DNA of 64,000 bases from assembly GCA_965226585.1 (NCBI GenBank), contig OZ245366.1:384001-448000 (forward strand), in the 5' to 3' direction. The translations under genes and the position numbers were made by a program. Shown here piece after piece: positions 1 to 8,992 of this stretch. This DNA comes from Thermodesulfobacteriota bacterium. GTDB lineage: Bacteria; Desulfobacterota_D; UBA1144; Nemesobacterales; Mycalebacteriaceae. The notes below the pieces were generated by a model. The model saw nothing but the letters and a program-made list of their open reading frames with translations. It did not search any database and was not told where the DNA came from. The stretch's first letter is position 1. Every line of letters starts with the position of its first letter.

Positions 1-476
1 ACGAACTTGTAGAAATTTGTCAGGGATATATGGGAAAGAGGATTTTCTTCCGGCAGGCAATCCTTTTTGTTTTTCAATATTTGCTGACAGGTATGTGTTT
101 TCCCTATTTCATTCCACTTGTTTCCCCAATTCAGATTTTTTTCCAGAAAGTGTAGGGCGGTGAAATAAGTTCCGGCAATGTGCGGGTTGAGGAGATGAAA
201 CTCTTTTTTCTCAATGCTTGAATTTCTCCCGTTAAAATCCTGTATATGTTCTTTCTCATCTTTTCCCTTATCGAGTCCTACAAAAAGAATTGCGGGTGAA
301 TACTTCCCGTAATTTGAACCGATGTACGGATAAGTGGGGAACCTAACTTTCTTACACTTGCGAGTATTTTGATGTGATTCTGTTTTGAGAATCCCCGTTT
401 TCGGGTCTATTTCCATATCACGGAAAAATTTTCCGTGCGTTTCTTTCAATTCTCTTTTTAATCTGCCGTTGGACAC
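1..476 (-). CDS. Hypothetical protein, possibly uracil-DNA glycosylase-like superfamily; truncated by window edge
   Basis: Read manually, not in the ORF track. GTG at 476, then SNGRLKRELKETHGKFFRDMEIDPK...PYIGSNYGKYSPAILFVGLD...ISLTNFYKF, open to the edge. AT-rich. Confidence 0.45.
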   Translation of the reverse strand, partial: MSNGRLKRELKETHGKFFRDMEIDPKTGILKTESHQNTRKCKKVRFPTYPYIGSNYGKYSPAILFVGLDKGKDEKEHIQDFNGRNSSIEKKEFHLLNPHIAGTYFTALHFLEKNLNWGNKWNEIGKTHTCQQILKNKKDCLPEENPLSHISLTNFYKF

Positions 477-506
477 GGGCGTTATTTTAATTCACAATTC
501 CATCAA

Positions 507-920
507 ATGAAAACCCTTGCTCTTGATGTTGGAACAAAAACCATTGGTGTTGCCGCAAGTGATGAACTCGGCATAACATCAAACGGGATTGGAGTAATAA
601 AACGCAAAGACGAAAAAAGCGATTTGGAATCCCTCGCGATTCTAATTGAAGAACACAAACCCGGCCGCATAGTTGTGGGTATTCCCTTTAACGCAGACGG
701 CTCTCTGGGCGAGCGAGCGGTTCGCATAAAACAGTTTTCAGAAAAACTGAGAGATTTTTCCGGAGTGGAAACAGCGCTGTGGGATGAAAGTTTTTCCACC
801 GTCAGCGCGGAAAAAACCCTCATCGGCGGCGGAATGGGACGGAAAAAAAGGAAGAAAGTTGTTGATAAACTGGCGGCGGTTGTTATCCTGCGCGAATATC
901 TTGACAGCAGGGGAAGTTAA
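507..920 (+). CDS. ruvX: Holliday junction resolvase-like / pre-16S rRNA nuclease RuvX (YqgF)
   Basis: LALDVGTKTIGVA, VVGIP, WDESFST, VDKLAAVVIL motifs. Confidence 0.93.
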   Translation: MKTLALDVGTKTIGVAASDELGITSNGIGVIKRKDEKSDLESLAILIEEHKPGRIVVGIPFNADGSLGERAVRIKQFSEKLRDFSGVETALWDESFSTVSAEKTLIGGGMGRKKRKKVVDKLAAVVILREYLDSRGS

Positions 921-1718
921 ATGCCTGTGGCAAAAGTAAACGGAATGAACATAAACTACGAAGAACACGGCTCCGGAGCGCCGGTTTTTCTCATCGGAGG
1001 GCTCGGAAGCACAATTCAAAGCTGGGACGACCAGATACCCGTTTATTCAAAACATTTCAGAGTGATAGCCTTTGACAACCGGGGGTCAGGTCTTTCAGAC
1101 AAGCCCCGCAAACCCTACTCAACTGAAGATATGGCGGACGATGCGGTCGCCCTTGCGGATTTTCTGAAGATAGAAAAAGCGTCTTTTGTGGGCAAATCCA
1201 TGGGCGGCATGATAGCGCAGTGGATAGGCATCAAATACCCCGAAAAAGTTGAACGTCTGGTGATGGGTTGCTCTTCAGCCCGCAGAGATGAGGTGGGAAA
1301 CCTGATACTCAGCACGGGCAGAGAAATATCGGAAAAAGCCGGAATGGGCCCGGTGTGGCTCACGGCTCTCTTTCTCGGCTACGGCAGAAAATACATTGAA
1401 GACAACCTTGAGGAGATAAAACGGAGACTTTCCGCGGTCAGAACTTCCCCCGAAGACATAGCCGGTTACCACGGCCAGTGCGGGGCGTGCGAAGGGCACG
1501 ATACCTCCGGGCTTCTGCATACCATAAAAGCCCCGACCCTTGTTATGTTCGGCACGGAAGACAACGTTACAGACCCGCAGAGAGCGGCGGAGGTGGGAGA
1601 GCTGATTCCGGGTTCCTCGGTTCGCGCATTTGAGGGCGCGGGGCACGGCTTCTGGAGAGAGAAAAGGGAAGAGGCGGACGCCCTTGTATTTGACTTTCTC
1701 AAAGGTAATGCGGTTTAA
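921..1718 (+). CDS. Alpha/beta fold hydrolase
   Basis: FDNRGSG, GKSMGG nucleophile elbow, GAGH. Confidence 0.9.
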   Translation: MPVAKVNGMNINYEEHGSGAPVFLIGGLGSTIQSWDDQIPVYSKHFRVIAFDNRGSGLSDKPRKPYSTEDMADDAVALADFLKIEKASFVGKSMGGMIAQWIGIKYPEKVERLVMGCSSARRDEVGNLILSTGREISEKAGMGPVWLTALFLGYGRKYIEDNLEEIKRRLSAVRTSPEDIAGYHGQCGACEGHDTSGLLHTIKAPTLVMFGTEDNVTDPQRAAEVGELIPGSSVRAFEGAGHGFWREKREEADALVFDFLKGNAV

Positions 1719-1725
1719 TATCGGT

Positions 1726-2166
1726 ATGTCTGCGATGAGAATCATTTTTCAAACGGACGGATACGGAGGGCTTATAGCCCGGCTGTTTCTCGGTGCGGTT
1801 ATGCTCCCGCACGGCTTCCAGAAAATTTTTTCCGTGGAGCAAACTATGAACAACTTCACCTCCAAGATGGATTTGCCCTATGTGGTGGCAGTTCTTGTGA
1901 TTGCGGGAGAATCCGTTGGCGCGGTGTCGCTGATTATAGGCTTTATGTCGCGCTTCTGCGCTTTATCAATGGGTATCATAATGATAGGCGCGGTACACAT
2001 GTTTCACCTACAACACGGGTTCTTTATGAACTGGAAAAAAGACCTGGACGCCGGACAGGGATATGAATACCACCTGCTCATGATAGGTCTCGCTCTTGTT
2101 GTCGTCGTGTGCGGCGGCGGCAAACTGTCGGTTGACAGGGTTATAGGGCGGATGTCTTCTTCCTGA
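1726..2166 (+). CDS. DoxX family membrane protein
   Basis: RLFLGAVMLPHGFQK, HGFFMNW, GYEYHLL, GGGKLSVD; start could be 1708, 1726 or 1735. Confidence 0.88.
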   Translation: MSAMRIIFQTDGYGGLIARLFLGAVMLPHGFQKIFSVEQTMNNFTSKMDLPYVVAVLVIAGESVGAVSLIIGFMSRFCALSMGIIMIGAVHMFHLQHGFFMNWKKDLDAGQGYEYHLLMIGLALVVVVCGGGKLSVDRVIGRMSSS

Positions 2167-2179
2167 TTTTAGAGTCTCT

Positions 2180-2500
2180 TCAGCCGCTTTCCGTTTGCAG
2201 AGCCCGCTCAAGGTCTCCGCTCTGGAACATCTCTTCGCAAATATCACAGCCGCCTATAAATTTTCCGTCCACGTAAAGTTGCGGAATTGTGGGCCAGTTT
2301 GAAAAATCCTTTATTCCCTGCCGCAGTTTCTCATTTTCCAGCACATCCACCGTCTCGTAGATGATGCCCATGGTGTTGAGTATCTGCACAACCCGTGCCG
2401 AAAAACCGCACTGCGGCATCTCTCTGGTTCCCTTCATATAAAGGAGAACCCTGTTGTTCTCCACTTGCGATTTTATCAATTCTTTTGTTTCTTCAGACAT
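2180..2500 (-). CDS. grxD: Monothiol glutaredoxin Grx4 family
   Basis: PQCGFS, WPTIPQLY, GGCD. Confidence 0.95.
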   Translation of the reverse strand: MSEETKELIKSQVENNRVLLYMKGTREMPQCGFSARVVQILNTMGIIYETVDVLENEKLRQGIKDFSNWPTIPQLYVDGKFIGGCDICEEMFQSGDLERALQTESG

Positions 2501-2502
2501 TG

Positions 2503-2742
2503 TTATCCTCCGGTTTTGCTCCACTGTTCGGGCGTGTAGGTCTTTATGGAAAGGGCGTGAATCTCTTCCCTCATCGCGTCTCCAAGGGCGGAGTACACAA
2601 GTTTGTGCCTGTCAACAGGCGTTTTTCCTTCAAAATCCGCCGAAACCACTATCGCCTCAAAGTGTGATCCGTCGCCGTCAACTTCAACATGGCTCGCGTC
2701 AAGCGATTTTTCTATTGCTGATTTGATGTTTTCCGGGCTCAC
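2503..2742 (-). CDS. BolA/IbaG family protein
   Basis: GDGSHFEA, RHKLVY, IHALSIKT; adjacent to grxD. Confidence 0.93.
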   Translation of the reverse strand: MSPENIKSAIEKSLDASHVEVDGDGSHFEAIVVSADFEGKTPVDRHKLVYSALGDAMREEIHALSIKTYTPEQWSKTGG

Positions 2743-2798
2743 GGGTGGTATTATCTATACTTGGTACTGTAGTTGTCAAACAGAATGAGAGGTGAAAT

Positions 2799-3239
2799 AT
2801 GCTTGTATCTGAGATAATGAGCGCGGACATAAAAACGGTTTCCGAGGACGCCCTGCTTAAAGATGTGGCAATGGCGATGACCCGCCAAGGTGTCGGCTGT
2901 CTTCCGGTTGTGGACGCCGGAGGGAAACTGACCGGAATAATATCCGAATCTGATTTTGTAGGAACCCTTCGCAATGTCCCGTTCTCAAGAGAAACCGGAC
3001 ATGTGCTGTTCGGGCAGTGGACAGACGGAGAGGGAATAGTATCGAGTTGCAGGGAGGTGGCGGAGATGAAACTGAAAGATTTTATGAACTCCCATGTTGT
3101 AACCGTCAGCCCGGATGACACGGTGGAAGAGGCCGTTACGAAGATGCTGAAAAACCGCATCCGCCGTATGCCGGTTGTGAAAGACGGCAAACCGGTGGCG
3201 ATGTTTTCAAGAAACGATCTTCTCAAGATATTCAAATGA
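2799..3239 (+). CDS. CBS domain-containing protein
   Basis: Two CBS repeats (LPVVD...GIISESD; RRMPVV); SD GAGGTG upstream. Confidence 0.88.
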   Translation: MLVSEIMSADIKTVSEDALLKDVAMAMTRQGVGCLPVVDAGGKLTGIISESDFVGTLRNVPFSRETGHVLFGQWTDGEGIVSSCREVAEMKLKDFMNSHVVTVSPDDTVEEAVTKMLKNRIRRMPVVKDGKPVAMFSRNDLLKIFK

Positions 3240-3258
3240 CCGCCGGCGGGAGCCAGTT

Positions 3259-4629
3259 TTGTACCCAAGAGTAGTTATTGCGGGAGAGCGGAGCGGATGC
3301 GGAAAAACAACCGTTACTCTCGCCCTTATGAGCGTTTTTTCCTCAAAAGGGCTTGCCGTTCAGGGCTTCAAAACGGGTCCGGATTACATAGACACCTCGC
3401 ACTACGAGGCGAGAACCGGAAGAAAAGGCAGAAACATAGACCTCTGGATGACCGACCCCGGAGACTGTATTGAGATTTTCCGCAGAAACGCCGCCGGGCG
3501 GATATCCGTAATTGAAGGGGTTATGGGCCTCTATGACGGCGCGTATCCGGATGGCGCGGCAAGCACGGCGCACACCGCCAAACTGCTTGACGCCCCCGTG
3601 ATAGTTGTTCTGGACGGCGCGCGGGGCGGCGGCTCCATCGCCGCGACCGCGCTGGGGCTGAAGATGTTTGACGAAGAGGTCAACATCGCCGGTTTCATTT
3701 TGAACCGCATTTCACCGCGCCGCGCGGCGGAAACGGCAAAGACCGTTGCCTGCCGCACGGGAATACCGTTTCTGGGCTTCCTTCCGCCCGATGACGATAT
3801 GGCGATAAGGTCAAGACATCTGGGACTTGTTCCCGCTTCAGAATCCGCCGCCTGTTCACGGAGAATTGCCTCAGAATCCGCAATAGCGGAAAAATCGCTT
3901 GATATTGAACTGATAGAGAAAATAGCCCGCGCCGCTCCCTCTCCCGGAGAGTCTGCGGGGTCGCTTTATCCTCCCGACCCCCTGCCCCAGCGTGTCCGCC
4001 TCGCGGTTGCGCGTGACAAAGCGTTTTCGTTCTACTACGAAGACTCTCTTGACCTTCTGTCCATGTGGGGATGCGAGGTGGCAGAGTTTTCCCCCGTTTC
4101 AGATGAGAGTCTTCCCCCCGGGGCGGACGCGGTTTTTCTGGGCGGCGGATTTCCCGAACTGTATTGCGGGGAGATTGAGGAGAACGTCTCAATGAGGCGG
4201 GACTTGCTGCGTTTCTGCAATTCGGGCGGCGCGGTTTACGGAGAGTGCGGGGGAATGATGTATCTGGGGCGGAGTGTGACGGATATGAGCGGGCGGAAAT
4301 TTGAGATGAGCGGCGTGTTTCCGGCAGAGTTTGAGATGAGAAAAACCTTGCAGTCTCTCGGCTACAGAGAGGTTGTTGCCAGAGCAGACGCGGGCTTTTT
4401 CCGCGCGGGAGACACGGAAAAAGGGCACGAGTTTCACTATTCCGGGTTTTCCCCGTCCGGGGCGGACACGGATTTTTTCAACATAACAAAATCTTCAGGC
4501 GGCTGTTTTGACGGCGGGATGAGTTTCAAAAACACCGTTGCTTCATACGTTCACCTGAACTTTTTGTCGTCCGGCATCGCGGAACTGATACCTCAGAGGA
4601 TAAAGCCCGCAAAGGGGGAAACGCTTTGA
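3259..4629 (+). CDS. cobB: Cobyrinate / hydrogenobyrinate a,c-diamide synthase
   Basis: SGCGKTT, FKTGPDYID, IEGVMGLYDG, GGGFPE, GECGG, GHEFHYS. Confidence 0.93.
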   Translation: MYPRVVIAGERSGCGKTTVTLALMSVFSSKGLAVQGFKTGPDYIDTSHYEARTGRKGRNIDLWMTDPGDCIEIFRRNAAGRISVIEGVMGLYDGAYPDGAASTAHTAKLLDAPVIVVLDGARGGGSIAATALGLKMFDEEVNIAGFILNRISPRRAAETAKTVACRTGIPFLGFLPPDDDMAIRSRHLGLVPASESAACSRRIASESAIAEKSLDIELIEKIARAAPSPGESAGSLYPPDPLPQRVRLAVARDKAFSFYYEDSLDLLSMWGCEVAEFSPVSDESLPPGADAVFLGGGFPELYCGEIEENVSMRRDLLRFCNSGGAVYGECGGMMYLGRSVTDMSGRKFEMSGVFPAEFEMRKTLQSLGYREVVARADAGFFRAGDTEKGHEFHYSGFSPSGADTDFFNITKSSGGCFDGGMSFKNTVASYVHLNFLSSGIAELIPQRIKPAKGETL

Positions 4630-5693
4630 AACTGTCGTCCCGCGCCGCCGCGCCTTTTCACGGCGGTCTTGATTACGAGGAGATTCGCCTGATGGGGATT
4701 GACCCCGAAAGTGTGGTTGATTTTTCAAGCAACATAAACCCGTTTTTCCCGTCCTCGCGCCTGCTTGCGGGCGCGTGCGCCGGAGCGTGCGACTATCCGG
4801 ATGCCGGATATTCGGAACTGCGCGGGGCGGTAGCAGAGTTTCACGGAGTTGTGCCGGAGCAGGTTTTCGCGGGCAACGGCGCTTCCGAAATAGTTCATCT
4901 TCTGTGCAGATGTCTTCCTGCGGGCGCGTCCGTTCTGATACCCGTGCCGACTTTTTCAGAATACGAAAGGGCGGCGGTTATCTGCGGAGCGCGGGTGATT
5001 TTGTGCCCCGCCCCGGATGGCATGCGTTTTGACCCTCAGGCGATAGCGCGCGCCATAAAAGACAGCCGTCCCGACCTTGTTTTTCTGTGCAATCCCAACA
5101 ACCCGACCGGGCTCAACCTCTCCCGCGCCGCCGTTGAAACTGTCGTTTCTTCAGCAAACGGCGCGGTGGTTGTTATAGACGAATCCTACGCTGATTTTGT
5201 GGAAAACCGTGAGGATTATTCCCCCGTTAGCGGGGCTGAAAACGTTGTGATTCTCCGTTCCCTGACAAAATTTTACGGGCTTGCCGGCTTGAGAATCGGA
5301 TACGCGGTTTCAAGTCCGCCCGTAGTTGCCGCGCTGAACGGCGTTCGTCCGCCGTGGAATGTGAACTCGGTGGCGGCGGCGGCGGCGGCATCAATTTTTT
5401 CGCTTCCCCGGTCTGTTTGTGACGAAAGCAGGGCGCGTTTGTTCTCGGCAAGAAACCGGCTTGTGAAAGCCCTTGAAGATGCGGGCAAAAAATGCCTTCC
5501 GACAGACACGGGATTTTTTATGGTGGAAACTCCCCACGCGACCGCCGTGAGGGAAAAACTTTTGAGAAAAGGCGTTGCCGTGCGAGACTGTTCATCCTTC
5601 GGGCTTGCTTCCCACATCCGCATCAGCGCGCGTCCGGAGAAAGACTGCGGCGAACTCATCAAGCAGTGGAAGGCGGCAGACCGTGAAGGCTAA
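4626..5693 (+). CDS. cobD: Threonine-phosphate decarboxylase (PLP class I/II)
   Basis: HGG, DFSSNINP, CNPNNPTG, RSLTKFYGLAGLRIGY; lies within the cob cluster. Confidence 0.82.
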   Translation: MKLSSRAAAPFHGGLDYEEIRLMGIDPESVVDFSSNINPFFPSSRLLAGACAGACDYPDAGYSELRGAVAEFHGVVPEQVFAGNGASEIVHLLCRCLPAGASVLIPVPTFSEYERAAVICGARVILCPAPDGMRFDPQAIARAIKDSRPDLVFLCNPNNPTGLNLSRAAVETVVSSANGAVVVIDESYADFVENREDYSPVSGAENVVILRSLTKFYGLAGLRIGYAVSSPPVVAALNGVRPPWNVNSVAAAAAASIFSLPRSVCDESRARLFSARNRLVKALEDAGKKCLPTDTGFFMVETPHATAVREKLLRKGVAVRDCSSFGLASHIRISARPEKDCGELIKQWKAADREG

Positions 5694-7188
5694 AACTTTG
5701 ATGGTTCAGGGAACCGCCTCCCACGTGGGCAAAAGCGTTATCACAGCCGGTCTGTGCAGGGTTCTCTCTCGCAGGGGTTTTTCGGTCGCCCCTTTCAAAT
5801 CGCAGAATATGAGTTTGAACTCGTTTGTAACCGGAGACGGCTCGGAGATTGGAAGGGCGCAAGCAATGCAGGCGGAGGCGGCGGGTGTGCCGGCCCTTGC
5901 CGAGATGAACCCCATCCTTCTCAAACCTCTGAAAGATGACGGCTCGCAGGTGATGGTTCTCGGAAAGTCCGAAGGCAACATGACATTTGCCGAATACATG
6001 GATTTTCGTCCCCGCGCTCTTGAGGCGGTGCGTTCATCCCTTGATGTTCTGGCCGGGAAGTTTGATGCGGTTGTGATTGAAGGCGCGGGCTGTGCGGCGG
6101 AGATAAATTTTTCCCGCAGTGAGATAGTCAACATGACGGTTGCGAACCTTGCGGACGCGCCGGTTCTGCTTGTCGGCGACATAGACAGGGGCGGCGTTTT
6201 CGCCTCGCTTGTGGGAACCCTTGAACTGCTTGAAAAAGCGGAAAGGGAAAGGGTGCGGGGGCTGATAATAAACAGGTTCCGGGGAGACGCCGATTTGCTT
6301 GGCGCGGGGCTTGATTTTCTTGAGAAAAAAACCGGAAAGCCGGTTCTGGGCGTTGTGCCTTATATTCGCGGGCTTATGCTTGACGATGAGGATTCTGTCT
6401 GTCTTGAAGATTCCCGGCCGGCCGCCGGGGCGGATTTGAAGGTGTGCGTGCCGAGGCTTCCGCGCATATCAAACTTTACCGACCTGCGTCCGCTTGAGAT
6501 GGAGAGCGGCGTTTCCGTTTCATACGCGGGGCGACCCGAAGAGATTGCGGACTCGGACGCGGTTGTGATAGCCGGAAGCAAGGCAACGATGGACGATTTG
6601 CGGTTTTTCAAAAACAGCGGAATGGCGGACGCGGTTGCAAAAGCATGCTCAAGCGGCGTTCCGGTTATAGGCATATGCGGCGGTTATCAGATGCTGGGTT
6701 CGGTTTTCGCAGACGGGGGAGGGTTTGAGTCTGCTCCCGGAACGGAGAACGGCCTTGGTGTTTTTCCGGCGGAAACGGAGATAAAAGAGGAAAAAACCCT
6801 CCGGCAGACATCCGCCACGGTTAAAAACGGCGGCGCGATGTTCAGAGGCATTGAGGGCGAGGAGGTGAAGGGATACGAGATTCACATGGGGCAGACGCGG
6901 TTTTCCGGCGGGGTCAAGTCTTTCCTGAGCAAAGCGGACGGATTGTGTGACGGAGCCGTGAATGGCGGGGGAAATGTTTACGGCACATACCTTCACGGCA
7001 TTTTTGAGAATGATAACTTGAGGGGTGAGTTTTTGAGATACTTGCGGCAAAAGAAGGGTGCGCCGTGCCGGGAGACGGTAAAATTCACCGAAGAACGCGA
7101 GAAACAGTACGACCTGCTCGCCGACTGTATTGAGGAAAGTTTGGATATGGACGCAGTGATGAGTATTGTTTCGGGGAAGAGTAAGTAG
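5683..7188 (+). CDS. cobQ: Cobyric acid synthase
   Basis: MVQGTASHVGKS, PFKSQNMSLNS, DIDRGGVFA, GICGGYQMLG, GTYLHG; GTG start at 5683. Confidence 0.96.
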   Translation: MKAKTLMVQGTASHVGKSVITAGLCRVLSRRGFSVAPFKSQNMSLNSFVTGDGSEIGRAQAMQAEAAGVPALAEMNPILLKPLKDDGSQVMVLGKSEGNMTFAEYMDFRPRALEAVRSSLDVLAGKFDAVVIEGAGCAAEINFSRSEIVNMTVANLADAPVLLVGDIDRGGVFASLVGTLELLEKAERERVRGLIINRFRGDADLLGAGLDFLEKKTGKPVLGVVPYIRGLMLDDEDSVCLEDSRPAAGADLKVCVPRLPRISNFTDLRPLEMESGVSVSYAGRPEEIADSDAVVIAGSKATMDDLRFFKNSGMADAVAKACSSGVPVIGICGGYQMLGSVFADGGGFESAPGTENGLGVFPAETEIKEEKTLRQTSATVKNGGAMFRGIEGEEVKGYEIHMGQTRFSGGVKSFLSKADGLCDGAVNGGGNVYGTYLHGIFENDNLRGEFLRYLRQKKGAPCRETVKFTEEREKQYDLLADCIEESLDMDAVMSIVSGKSK

Positions 7189-7190
7189 AT

Positions 7191-7922
7191 ATGGACAAAG
7201 TGACGTTTAAGCAGTTTCGCAGTTTTATTCAGTTTTTTGATGGAGAGGAATTAGAAACACCTGTTCAAAAAAAACCTTTTAGAGTTGATGTTGCAGAAAC
7301 ATATATTTCTTTTACTCCTGAAGTCAGTGGGGAATCAAGAAGTGTTTATTATAAAAATGACATTATAGGGAGCGAAGGAAAAAAGGGTTATTTAGCATTT
7401 TATAATGAAGGTTGCAGACAAGGCAAGGATTTCCCTCGTAAAAATTATATGGATGTTTCATATTTTATTGCTGTTATGAAAGAATATGAAAAACCTCAAA
7501 ATCGTATTTTTCATAAGAGTGAAAATCACAAAAAAACTGAAACACAGTCTCTTGCAATGGCAAGGGTGGGACAAGGTGAATTCAGGAATCAACTTTTAGC
7601 GTATTGGGAGAGTTCCTGTTCAGTTACCGGAGTTAATGATAAAAATTTGTTGCGTGCTTCTCATATCAAACCTTGGAGAGACTCTCAAAACAATGAACGG
7701 TTGGACAAGTTCAATGGCTTGCTGTTGAATCCAAATCTGGATTTGTTGTTTGACAAAGGATTTATAACTTTTGATGGTAATGGCAAAATTCACATTTCTA
7801 AGCAAATATCAAAAAAGAATCTAGATAGATTAGGCGTTAAGGATTCTATGTCTTTAAGAAGGATTGATGGTGGGCACAAGCATTTCCTCGATTATCATAG
7901 AGAGAAGGTTTTTCAAAAGTAA
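7191..7922 (+). CDS. HNH endonuclease (HNH_2 type, putative restriction enzyme)
   Basis: RVGQGEFR, CSVTG, ASHIKPW, NGLLLNPNLDLLFDKG; AT-rich relative to flanks. Confidence 0.88.
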   Translation: MDKVTFKQFRSFIQFFDGEELETPVQKKPFRVDVAETYISFTPEVSGESRSVYYKNDIIGSEGKKGYLAFYNEGCRQGKDFPRKNYMDVSYFIAVMKEYEKPQNRIFHKSENHKKTETQSLAMARVGQGEFRNQLLAYWESSCSVTGVNDKNLLRASHIKPWRDSQNNERLDKFNGLLLNPNLDLLFDKGFITFDGNGKIHISKQISKKNLDRLGVKDSMSLRRIDGGHKHFLDYHREKVFQK

Positions 7923-8971
7923 TGCAAACAACACGAAAAATACCCATAACGGTGATAACCGGTTTTCTTGGAGCCGGAAAAACAACCATTGTTCGCAACC
8001 TTCTCTCGCAGACGGGCGGACGGCGTATAACCGTGATTGTCAACGAGTTTGGAGACATCGGAATAGACGGCGAAATAATCAGGGATTCATGCGGTTGTGA
8101 AGAAGGCGAAATTGTTGAACTGAGCAACGGATGCCTCTGCTGTACGGTTCAGGAGGAATTTCTGCCCACAATGACAAAACTTGTTGAGAGAAAAAACGAT
8201 ATTGATCACATCGTGATTGAAACCTCAGGGCTCGCTCTGCCAAAACCCCTTGTCCGTGCCGTTAACTGGCCCGGGCTGAAACCGCATTTTTCCGTTGATT
8301 CCGTTGTGGCGGTTGTTGATGCGGACGGAATGGCGACCGGGGAAATATGCGACAGAAAAAAAATTCAGTCTCAGCGCGAGGCAGACGACTCCCTTGACCA
8401 CGAAACGCCGATTGAAGAATTGTTTTCAGACCAAGTTTCATGCGCGGATATGGTTGTTTTGAATAAATCCGACCTTGTGGGCGAACAAAAACTGGATGAA
8501 ATTGAAAACCTTTTGAGAGATGAAATGAAAGAGGGCGCGGCGGTTGCGCGGGCGCGGATGGGAAATATTTCCCCCGAAATTCTGCTCGGAATAGGAGCCG
8601 CCGCCGAAGATGACCTTGATCCAAGACGTTCCCATCACGAAGACCATCACGAAAACGGGGGCGACCACGAGCACGACGAGGATATTGATTCCGTTGTTGT
8701 GGAAATTAAATCAGACGTTTCACCTGAAGCCCTTATGAGCGCGCTGAAAAAAACAGCCCGCGAGCATGAGATTTACAGAGTGAAAGGATTTATGAAGGTT
8801 TCGGGCAAGCGGATGAGAATGCTTGTTCAGGGAGTGGGAGAGAGATTTGAGGGGTATTTTGACAGACTCTGGAGAGAGGATGAAACCGCGAGAACCCGTC
8901 TGGTTTTTATCGGAAAAAATCTGTCCCTTCTGAATCTCGGCGAAATTGTGGAAAAAAACCTTTCCCGATAA
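7922..8971 (+). CDS. cobW: Cobalamin biosynthesis GTPase CobW
   Basis: GFLGAGKTT, ELSNGCLCCTV, ETSGLALPKPL, His-rich linker. Confidence 0.94.
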   Translation: MQTTRKIPITVITGFLGAGKTTIVRNLLSQTGGRRITVIVNEFGDIGIDGEIIRDSCGCEEGEIVELSNGCLCCTVQEEFLPTMTKLVERKNDIDHIVIETSGLALPKPLVRAVNWPGLKPHFSVDSVVAVVDADGMATGEICDRKKIQSQREADDSLDHETPIEELFSDQVSCADMVVLNKSDLVGEQKLDEIENLLRDEMKEGAAVARARMGNISPEILLGIGAAAEDDLDPRRSHHEDHHENGGDHEHDEDIDSVVVEIKSDVSPEALMSALKKTAREHEIYRVKGFMKVSGKRMRMLVQGVGERFEGYFDRLWREDETARTRLVFIGKNLSLLNLGEIVEKNLSR

Positions 8972-8992
8972 TATTTTTCCGCTTTTGTAAAA

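Noticed and set aside
2743..3258. Cobalamin riboswitch ahead of the cob genes
   Set aside because: Intergenic gaps are under 60 bp and no B12-box is recognisable.
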